Assembly: GCF_035084215.1 (NCBI RefSeq)
Contig: NC_090344.1
Location: 43,276,001-43,340,000 of the forward strand
Direction of reading: 5' to 3'
DNA: 64,000 nt
Source of the DNA: Heptranchias perlo
Lineage: Eukaryota
Below the pieces are notes generated by a model, which saw only the letters and a list, made by a program, of their open reading frames with translations, made no database searches and was not told the DNA's origin. Positions 22,000 to 33,900 of this stretch are shown here, piece by piece. The position numbers and the translations under genes were made by a program. Position 1 is the first letter of the stretch. Every line of letters starts with the position of its first letter.

Positions 22000-24900
22000 G
22001 TAAGAAGCGGCTTACATGCCCTGTGCTTTTTATTTGGTTCCAGGGGGATGCCCTGCCTGGGTCTCATCCTTCGACTCTTAGTTCCTTTGGGCGCTCACTT
22101 CCTCATTCTCTAATAGTTGCTGTGCAGATCTCCTCCACATCTAATTGTAAATAAAGGTGCCTTGGAAGAGGCATTATCGCACTTCTCCTTGAAACACTTC
22201 GACATCCTGAGCAGAGTGGGATGGATTATTTCAACTGAACCAAAAAGGGTGACACAGGGTAGTCCAGTGTCACTAAGACAAGAATCAGCTCGATAAGTGC
22301 CCCCTCCAGGGCACCACAAATGGTCCAATGAAACTAAAAGATTTTTGAAACAAAATGCCCCTAAATTACTATTCTGTTTGTAATATCTATGATACAGTTA
22401 ACATCATGCTGTGCCCATCTGTCAAGTGTACCGGTGACTCATTGGGCTCGAAGAATGTAGAGGGATAGGACTCACTCAACAGATAGCCTTCCCAAATGGT
22501 TAAAGACACTGCCCACCATGCAACTAACCATACAGCTTTCACGTCCCTGATTACTGGGATATGCTGATCTTAGACAGGGCAGCAATTGAGGTGCTACAGT
22601 TGCCTTTAGCACCCCTGTGTTCTTCCTCCTCCTCCTCCTCCAATGCCTTTTCTCCATTGGGACTGCCCTTGCTTGGTTCCATTCTTACATAAGTAATTCT
22701 CACCAGAGTATCTCAAACAATGGCTTCTCTTCCCACCCTAAACTCTCAGCTCTGGAATTCTCTAAGGATGCATCCTTGGCCCCCTCCTCTTCCTCATTGA
22801 CATGCTGCCCCTTGGTGACATCATGCGCAGACAGAGGGTCAGCTTTCACACATACGCAAATGACACCCAGCTGTACCTCTCTGCCACTTCTCTCATCCCC
22901 TCCATTGTTGCTGTAGTGTCAGACTGCTTGTCCAACTTCTAGTTTTGGGTGTGTTTGAACTTCCTCCACCGAAACACTTGGAAGATTGAAGCCATCGTCT
23001 TCAACCTCCATTTGTTGTTGGATTTGTTAAAGACAAGTTATGTTCGACACATTTAATAGATTTTTTTGAAGGATATGACCAATTATAGATATAGGGAGTG
23101 CAGTAGATGTAGTGTACGTGGATTTCCAGACAGTGTTCAGTTAGGTGGTTCACAAGGGGGCTTGTTACAAAAATTCAGACTGGGGCCACATTTTTATATA
23201 TATGTGAATTTAACATAAACATGAATTTAACATAAATATTGAAATTTGCTGATGACACAAAAGTTTGGCAGACAGTGAGGTGGACATTGGATAGTGCAAT
23301 GGGCATATACATGGTTGATGTGTATCTTAAATTGAGGAATATGAGGTAATGCATTTTGGTAGGAAAAATAATTACTGGAACTATAAACTCAACAGAAAGA
23401 CTCAGAAGGGTGTGGAGAACAAGAGAAACCTGCAGGTCAAATACATAATTCTTTGAAGGTGCTGTACACACCGAGGTCCCTCTACTCCATTTAAAATCTT
23501 ATCATTTAAGATGTATTTCCTTTCCCTATTCTTAGTTCAAAAACGTTAGTTAACAGTTCTGAACGTTGAACTGCATCTGCCACCTATCTGCCCCTCCTGC
23601 AGTCTTTCACAATTTGCCTAATCCCCAAATTTGGTGCCATTAGCAAATTTCAAATTGTTCCCTCGGATCAGTTTTATACATCGTAAATAGGAATACCTCC
23701 AAGACCAACCACTGTTGACATTCATCTTTGCAGTCTGAGGCATTCCTTTTACTTTTGAGTAAGGTGTTGCCTCCACATGAAGCACTGAAACCTTCTGGTA
23801 AGGAGGGAAAATTTGAAGAGTAAAAGTAACAACCCTGCACTCCTATGCTTAAGTTCCCTTGTGCTGAGTTTATTCTCCCTTAAATGTGATCTATATTTTT
23901 GCACCCTCCCCCACAGGGATATTGGCACAGGAAACACATGATGCTGATCTTCTTCCATATGGGAAGACTTATGTTGCTGCGTCCTATGTGAAGTATCTGG
24001 AGTCGGCTGGCTGCAGAGTGGTACCAATCAGGTACTCCTCCATACTCTTTCCAGGCTCCAGCACCGGTTGCACTGAGCAAACAGGATAGAATTGGGGAAA
24101 AATCAGTCAGAGTTCCTTACATTACAACAGTGACTACACTTCAAGATGTACTTCTTTGGTTGTGAAGTATTTTGGGAAATCCTGAGATGGTAAAAGGCAC
24201 TGTGTAAGTTCAATTTCTTTCTTTCACGTGGGAAACAGCCACTTGGGCAAGGTACTGGAGACCACCCAGCACATGTGGAACCATACTTTAGCAAGAGCCA
24301 GTGCCTTCAGGAGAAGAGGGAGAAAGTTGGTGGGGAAAAAAGCAAAATAACCCAGTTTAATAATGAGTAAAATATTTAGAGATTTACACTGCAGGAAGCC
24401 AAACTCATGGACTGCTGTTACTGTATTGAATGGAAAATATGTGAGTAACATCAGATACCTTTGCTATTCCAGCTCTTAAAATATTGGAACTGAAACACAT
24501 ATTGTTTTATTTTGGACACAGGCTGAACCTGACATATGAAGAATATGAAAGGATTTTCCATTCAATCAATGGGTAAGTGAATAATAATTTAACCTTTTTC
24601 TAACTTGGTGAGGCTGTCAAACTCTGGCACTTGAACCCACACTCTCCTGACTCCGAGGCGAGAGTGCTACCAACTGAGCCATGGCTGACACTTGAATAAA
24701 TTAATAAATCTGTGAACATCTACAATTTAATTGCAGACAGAGCCTATGGCTGTGTGAGTTGGGTCATGACTGAGTCTTCACTTGCACCTTTCTGTAATCT
24801 CAGCCCACGACCTGATATTAACTATTCCTGCTGCATTTTGGTGCAATAAACCTGCTAATGCCTTGTAGTCCATTAAATTCCTGAATCTATTTCCTGTGTT

Positions 24901-27900
24901 TCCCTGTTGAAAACTCGTACACCAACAGTCCCACTTCCACGATCCTCCCCTCTTTTCCCCTCCCCTCTTTTCCCCCCCCCCCCAAAAAAAAACGACGTGG
25001 GAAAATCACTGCCTGAACAAACAGTGCAGAAATTTTGATTCCCGGTTTCTGCTGAGTTAGGTGCCCTCAGCATTAAGGTGCTTCATACAGCATCAGTGGT
25101 TAGAGGAAGAAAACTCAGACAGCGTTCCTATTCTTGATTGCTATCTGGACCTATGAGGGCAGGATCCAGCTCCGACTGACAGATATCGTCATGATAGTCA
25201 AGAAAGGCATGAATAATGATCATTTGGGTTAGGTATCAGAGTTTGTTGACCATCTGTAAGAAACTGTTAATCTTTAATATTAACTTTTGGCTTGTGCCTG
25301 TTGTGAGTCTCTGTTAGCAATGGTCAGTTTGGACAGTAAACCTAATTAAAAGACATTCCTGTAATTAGTTGATAACATGTTCTACAGGAGGATACATCTG
25401 CGAATACATTATCCTTTTCAAAAGCTGGAGATTGGTATGGGAAAAGAACTCATTAAAACTAAAGTTATTGCACAGACACGGAACAGGCAGAAAAGTTCCC
25501 TTTGTTAGGAAGGCCTTAAGAATCACCTGCCTGAGAAAGACCATACATCTGGAAAGTCAGAGAGTATGATCTATGGCTGCAAGGACAGGACAGGCAAATC
25601 TGTTCTGAATGATAACTGTGTGTTAGGTTATGCTGTGGAAGATGTGAACTGTCACGTACCAGTTGTGAAAAAGGGTAGAAAAAGTGGGTGTTGGGACAAG
25701 TACTTTGGAATTCGAAGATCTGGCCCACCAAGTACACTGAGCTCGGAACTGTAACGTGTTTTGAATTTCCTGGCTAAAACTCACAAGCTTTTGTCATAAG
25801 TGTTGCTGTTAAGTTTATGTTGAATTATTTTCAAAAATAGTTATTGCTGTATGCTTAAAGAAAGATAAAGAAAGACTTGCATTTATACAGCGCCTTTCAA
25901 AACCTCAGGATGTTCCAACACATTCAAAGTCAGTGAAGTACTATTGAAGTGTAGTCACCGTTGTTGTAGGAAAAGTGGCAGCGAATTTGCACACGAGGTC
26001 CCACAAACAGCAATGAGATCATTACCAGATAATCTGTTTTCGTGCTTTTGGTTGAGCGATTGAATATTGGCTAGTACACCAGGGAGAACTCCTCTGCTTC
26101 TCTTTGAAATAGTGTCATAGGATCTTTTACGTCCACCTGAGAGGGCAGACAGTGCCTCGGTTTAACATCTCATCCAAAAGACTATACCTCTGACAGTGCA
26201 GCACTCCCTCAGTACTGCACTGGAGTGTCAGCCTATATTTTGTGCTCAAGTCTCTGGAGTGGAGCTTGAACCCACGACCTTCTGACTCCGAGGCGAGAGT
26301 GCTACCAACTGAGCCACAGCTGACACCTGAATAAATGAATAAACCTGTGAACGTCTGCAGTCAATGCTATGAGCCCTATTACTTTGAGGAGCAACTTATA
26401 AGTGAGAACATCCATCCTCTTAACATACCTATGGAATTGTACCTCCGCAAGCAAGTAAAAATCTTATGGGGAGGAGGGGAGAAAAGAAAATTTACACTGT
26501 GCTGCACAATACATTTCATCAGTCATCTCCCTTTCCTCTTCCCAGCATTCTCTTCCCTGGTGGAGCAGTTGATTTGAAGACATCTGCTTTTGCCAAAGCT
26601 GCAAAACATTTTTACGAGTTTGCATCAAAGGTAGGTCAGAACATCATGTCCATGTACTGAGTTTAAGCCTCCCCCGAATGGGGCAGGATTTGTCTGCTAT
26701 TCCAACCCTTCTGCATGTTAATTTGTACCATGTCTCTCCCCTCTTGCCCCAAACTCTTCCTCTGGATGTTGGTGATATCGTCGATCATGGGGAGCTTGTG
26801 TGCTTTGTCACAAGCATTGTTATATTTGATGTGGCAAGATGCTGCAATTTATCTGGTAATTCTCTCTACTGGAATAGGGATTATTGCTTGTAGCCCCGCG
26901 CTCTCATTATGTTTTATTCTCCCTTGTTTCATGCTGTTTCGTGTTATTACTGCAGGCGTTTGATGCTGACGATTATTTTCCAATATGGGGAACCTGCCTG
27001 GGACTGCAGTTGCTGACCACGCTGACTGCCGGGAAGGTGTTACTAACACACACTGACACAGAGAACATTGCTCTCCCACTTAATCTGACCAATGGTAAGA
27101 GCATGTAGTGACAGAGTATTATGACTTAGGGATTGCTGTGTAAAGAGGATTTGGTGGCACTGTGTTGTATTACAGATTTAAACAGGTTTATATTAGGTGC
27201 ACAACACTGGTGCAGCACGGTTTTATGTCTTGTGTGCATGTGCGTGGTGGAAATGAGTTTATATGAGCTTGGCTGAGTTGGTAACAGTCTCGGTATAGGT
27301 CAGAAGATTATGATTCGAGCCTACTTCAGGATTTGAGCATATAATCTAGGCTGACGTGCTCATGCAATGCAGAGAAAGTGCTACATTGTTAGAGGTGCTA
27401 TCCTTCAGATGAGAGCTGATGTGAGTGAGTCCTGTCCTCCTGTTTAGGAAGTTAAAGATACTATTTGAAGAAAAGCAACATTCCTTCCATAACTCACATC
27501 ACCTAACAAAGCATGTGAACTGGCAATTTCTGTCATTGCTGATTGTGGGATATTGCTGATGCAGAGTGGCGGCATTTGGCTTTATAACAGCCAGTGCACT
27601 CCAAAATAATTCACTGTGTGAAGTGCTTTGAGGCATTTCTACATAATAAGACACCATAAAAATGCAAGTATTATTACAGTGATACTGAGTACAGAAAAGT
27701 GGGAGAAATATAAGTTCACTCTGAACTAAGTTGCTCATGTGAGTCCAGCCAAGGAGTTCCCTCTGCAGGGGTGATGGATGGTACCTAGTACCTTCTGATG
27801 TGAGCTGCAGGGAGCATTAATGCCAGACTTGGGAGTAAGCCACATGTGCATCTTCTCAGCAACAAGGCATGAATCCCAAAGAAAACTTCCATAGAAAAAT

Positions 27901-30900
27901 GATGGGAAAAAAGCAAAAAAAAAGAAATAAAATGACCTTTACATTCCTGGACTTCCCCTTCTGCTTTCCTGAGAAGCCATCAGTATAAGTCTTTGCATGA
28001 ACATCATGGGATCCTTCCCACAGACAACTCTTGCCTGAGATCAGCAAATTTGTCTCTTTGGACAATCTGGGCACCTGGTCAAAGGACCGAGGATTAGTAC
28101 GAGAACTCAGTGTTGAAAATGTGATTGTTAAAGGACTATTACTCTAACCACGCAAATAATTTCTTTTTATAAAAGCATTCTCTCTGATTAGCAGTGGATT
28201 ACTGACCATTTGTACTCAGCCATGCAGGAAACTTTCTTTTAAAATTTTAACTCCATTTCTCTCTCCCCAGCTGCTGCATCTAGTAAACTGTTCCAGAAAT
28301 TTCCTCTGGATGTGTACAAGGCTTTATCTGATGAGCCGCTGACTGGGAACTTCCATCACTTTTCTGTTAATGTGCAGGTAAGATATTGCATGTTGTTCAT
28401 TGTATGCAGCACAGTCAGCAAAGAAGTGCACTGGAAGTGAGGCAGGACCTGCAAATATACCAGCTCCAGTTCCAGGATGTGCCACTGGATCTGTTTGTTA
28501 GTGCAACTCATTCCACTACATCCAGTGCAGTTAAACTCGGTAGAACAACAGCATTGTTCCTGAACCTTGGCATAATTCAGTGTTTTCAGGAGAGGAGGGG
28601 AAAATTGTGTGGGTGGAAGAGCAGAAGAAGCAATAACATCTTGCACCAGTCAGGTTTTTTTCCTACAAGATAGTTACGGATGAGGATGAGCATTCAGCCC
28701 ATCTAAATTTATCCATCCAGAAAGATCCTAAAGCCTCCCCATCACGGCAAATGTTTATTCCCCTTATCTGTATTGTAATTTTTTTTTCTACAGGCTTTTC
28801 TGGGAGATGAGAAACTAAGTAAATTCTATTCAATCCTGTCCACTAATAATGACAGAAAGGGTGTGGAGTTTGTGTCTACTATGGAGGGTAAGTTGGACAG
28901 TGTAACTGCTATTGTAGAATTAATGTCACTCTAGCAGAAGCATTAATGGCATTGCTGTAGCATGTACAAAAGAGCATTGTACGTCTTCCTCCTTTATTTA
29001 ACCTCCATTTTCAGATAAATAGGCCATCATCCAAACATGGGATCCACGAGGACACTGTCCAGCTAGTTGTGACAGTCGTGTGCTTTCCATTAAGCATGCC
29101 TCAGTTCTTTTACACCTGCTGTCAGCATTGTACATAAAGTTTCTAGTCACTTTCTTTAATCAATCTTTTCACATTAATTCACATCATCTTTGTAGTCTTT
29201 CACAAAGCTTCACCAAAGTGTAAACATCAAAGATTTGTTTTTATCCAGTTCTTTCAATTTTAGGAAAATCATTGTTCTCAGCCTCTGATTGTGGAACATT
29301 TAGAACCATAGAAAAGATACAGCACAGAAGGGGGCCATTCGGCCCATCGTGTTCGCACCCCGGCTCGAAGAACAACCAGGTTCCCATTCTAATCCCACCT
29401 TCCAGCACCCGGTCCGTAGCCCTGCAGCTTACAGCACTTTAGGTGCAGGTCCAGGTACTTTTTAGAAGAGTTGAGGTCCCTGCCTCTACCACCAATTCGG
29501 GCAGCAAATTCCATATACCCACCACCCTCTGGGTAAAAAAGTTTTTCCTTGTGTCCCCTCTAATCCTTCTGCCAATCAGCTTAAATCTATATCCTCTAGT
29601 TCTTGAACTCTCTGCTCAGGGAAACAGGTACTTCCTGTCTACTCTATCTGGGCCCCTCCATAATTTTGTACACCTCAATCAAATCACCCCTCAGCCTCCT
29701 CCGCTCCAAGGAAAACAACCTCAACCTATCCAATCTCTCCTTGTAGCTGCAATTTTCAAGCCCTGGCAACATTCTTAATCTTCTCTGCATTCTCTCCAGA
29801 GCAATTACGTCCTTACTGCAATGTGGTGACCAGAACTGCACACAATACTCCAGCAGTGGCCTTACCAGCGTTTTATACAGTTCCATCATTACATCCCTGC
29901 TTTTGCATTCTATACCTCGGCTAATAACGGAGAGCATTCCATACACCTTCTTCACAACCTTATCTACCTGTACTGCCACCTTCAGGGACCTGTGCGCATG
30001 CACTCCAAGGTCTCTCACTTTCTCTACCCCTCTCAATATATTCCTGTTTACTGCGTATTCCCTTTTACTGTTTGCCCTCCCCAAGTGCATTACCTCACAC
30101 TTCTCTGGGTGAACTCCATTTGCCACTTTTCCGCCCACTCCACCAACCCATTGATATCTTCTTGGAGTCTACAGCTATCCTCTTCACTATCAACTACACG
30201 GTCAATTTTTGTGTCGTCTGCAAATTTGCCAATCATGCCCCCTACATTCAAGTCCAAATCATTGATATATACCACAAACAGCAAGGGACCCAACACTGAG
30301 CCCTGTGGCACACCACTGGAAACAGATTTCCATTCGCAAAGACATCCATCGACTTTTATCCTTTGTTTCCTGTTACTGAGCCAATTTTAGATCCAATTCG
30401 CCACATTTCCCTGTATCCCATGGGCTTTTACCTTTCTGACCAGTCTGCCATATGGGACCTTGTCAAATGCCTTACAAATTCCATGTAGACAACATCCACT
30501 GCACTACCCTCATCAATCCTCCTTGTCACTTCCTCAAAGAATTCAATCAGATTTGTAAGGCATGACCTACCCTGAACAAATCCATGCTGACTACCCCTGA
30601 TTAAACCATTCCTTTCCAAATTACAGTTTATCCTATCTCTCAGTATTGATTCTAATAGTTTGCCCACCGACCTATAATTGTTCGGCCTTTCCCTCATACC
30701 CCTTTTAAACAATGGTATTACGTTTGCAGTCTTTCAGTCCTCTGGTACCTCCCCTATATCTAGTGAGAATTGGAAAATGATCCTCAGAGCATCTGTTATT
30801 TCCTCCCTGGCTTCCTTCAATAGCCTAGGAAACAATCCATCCGGCCCTGGTGACTTATCAACTTTCAAGGATTCCAGTCCCTCTAGTATTTCCTCTCTTG

Positions 30901-33900
30901 TTATGTTTATCTTATCCAATATTTCATACCTCTCCTCTTTAACTACTACGTCCGGATCATCCCTATCTTTTGTGAATACGGAGACAAAATATTCATTTAA
31001 AACCCTACCCACATCCTCTGCTTCTACACACAAGTTACCCTTATCATCCCTAATAGGTCCCACCTTTTCCTTAGCTATCCTCTTGTTCTTAATGTACTGA
31101 TAAAACATCTTTGGGTTTTCTTTAATCTTCCTCGCTAATATTTTTTCATGCCCTCTCTTTGCTCTCCTTATTTCCTTTTTTATGTCATCCCTATACTTTC
31201 TATACTCCTCTAGGCTTTCTGCAGTATTTAGTTTTCTGTGGCAGTCATAAGCTTTCTTTTTCAGCTTTATCTTGCCCCGTATACTTCTAGACAACCAGGG
31301 GCTCTTGATTTGGCAGTGCCACCCTTTTTCTTTGAGGGGACATGTATGCATTGTACCTGTGGAATTTCACTTTTTAGTGCCTCCCACTGGCTTACCACTG
31401 ATTTCTCCTCAAGTAGTTGTGTCCAGTCCACTTCTGCCAAATCACCTCTTAGTTCTGTAAAATTTGCCTTCCCCCAATTTAAAACGTTTACTCCTGATTT
31501 AGCTCTGTCCTTTTCCATAATAATGCAAAAACTAACTGAATTGTGGTCACTATCCCCAATATGGTCACCCACTGTCACTTCACCCACTTGCCCATCTTCA
31601 TTTCCCAGGACTAAATTTAGAATTGCATCCCCTCTTGTTGGGCTTGTCACGTACTGGCTAAAAAAGTTCTCCTGGACACTGATCAAGAATTTTGTGCCCT
31701 CTGTGCCCCTCGCACTGTTTGAATCCCAGTTGATGTTAGGGTAGTTGAAATCCCCAACTATAATTGCCCTCTTATTTTTGCACTCAGAAATTTGCCGACA
31801 TATTTGTTCTTCTATCTCCCTTTCGCTATTCGGGGGTCTATAGTACAGTCCTAGTAGTGTGACTGCCCTTTTTTTATTTCGTAAAATTTGTGTCTTGTTT
31901 TTGTGTTCTTTGTTCAATGTTTAAAAATTCTGTCACTTTGTTCAGTGACATCCTTGATTTGGGTCAACGATAACATCAGGTTTCAAGTTCCACATTTTGT
32001 CACAGATCCTCCCCAGTGACCAACAACTGTGATACTTGCTTATGTTGCTAACTGCATTCTCCCCCCCCCCCCCCCCTCGCCTCCTCCGCTTTCCAGAAAT
32101 GCATGCCTTTACGAAGTTCAGCAGTCGGGCTGATCATGGGTATTGAATTCACCACAAACAAATCCTCCAAATCTATGTGAGCTCATTGATACTTGGCACA
32201 AAGAAGCAAGTTGCAGCTCATTTTAAAAAATACAACTCCATCTCGGCTATGCATTAGAGAATTTGGGGGGGTTCCCAGATGTGGTGAAGCCCTGTTCTGC
32301 ATTGACTATAAAGGTTGGCATGAATGTTGGTCTTCACTGGTTTGCATAATCTCCCCAAGCTCGACCCATAAGACTCATGGTTCCATAGTTCTGATGCCAA
32401 TCAACAGCAGAGCAAATTAAGGTGACTTATGCATGGTTGATTCCACCTCCCTCAGCAGGAGACTTGACTAACATCCAACCTTTTTTTTGGTGACTATATT
32501 GGAGTCCTCTTCATCCTAGCAATTGCGGATTGCTCTGTGGTGTTCTGCATAGAAACAAGACACCGAAAATCATGAGTACAGAACAGAGCACCATTACTGC
32601 CAGAATAAAAATGCTGAAGTGGGGTATTCTAGGGAAAGCGCACAGAACTGTATCCAACCATACCCATTGGATCAAGTTTAACCATGAGTTACTCCAGCTG
32701 CAGAGACATCGTGAACAGTTTTGTTGGTGTAAAACTATTAAAACAATCATTAACCCTAAGGTGCAGTACATTTGGATCCCAAGGAATTTGGCTTCACAGG
32801 TCTGCCTGGCTGAGAATTTCAAGCTTCTCCTTGGGTCCACAGGTCAAAAAACCAAAGGTTTCCTTGTCAGGGTGGAACAAGTTGAAACCACAGTGAAATA
32901 AGGAAACAGTAACAACTGGAAATTCCTCCAAGGAGGAAGATTTCTTATTTCTATATAAAGAGGTTTACAGTTTTATTATACACGGCACACAGAGATAATA
33001 TTTCCACATGTTGTTACATGTAACCCATGGCAAAGTCATGTAGCCACAAGGATGAATTCAACACTTGGAGGAATTTCTAGCCACAGGAATCAATGGCAGC
33101 CCCTCGATTGAATTCGAGCAAGAGGTCAGCCCATTCTATCAGTGTGGTCCCAGAGATAGAAGCCCCTTTGCTCTCACTGTCTCAATGATGAGCTCAGCCT
33201 CTAGCTCAGTATGTATTGGCCTTGCTACTAAACGATTCCACTAGTGGTGTTACCAAGTGAAGGGGAAGGAAACTCTTGAGGGAGAGGACTGTACCATATC
33301 TACATGGGAACACGAGTAGGCCATTCAGCCTGTTCCGCCATTCAGTTAGATCATGGCTGATGTGTATCTTAACTCCATCTACCCGCCTTGATTCCGTAAT
33401 CCTTAATACCCTTGCCTAACAAAAATCTATCTCTACTGCTAAATAAAAAGCTGATATATTTAATTTATTTTCAACCAATGGAGACTGATATTTCACATCT
33501 CCACTTGCATCCTCAGCCCCTCTGGTAACAATGTGAGGATTGCCCATGTACACCGCAGAATAGTTTAATTCACTAATAGGAGGTAGCACTTCAGAGTAGG
33601 CTAGGGAGACATTATTGTTGAAGTTAATAGGACAATATGGGTCATGTGTGATATCTCTGTACAGGACATCCTTGCAATATATATATAACTGAATCAGCTG
33701 AGGAGGGATACAGCAGGGCTTTGTGAGGCAACAATATTTCAGACTGGGTAATGTGCATTTTTCTTAGCTACTACTGGCACATCTCTCATGGTTTTGCTCA
33801 CATTAAGTCTTAGGAAATGCTCTTTTATGAGGGTCAGGAACATTATATCATATAACTATTGGTACGGTACAGCTGTGTGTTATCAAGCTGAACCTTTAAA

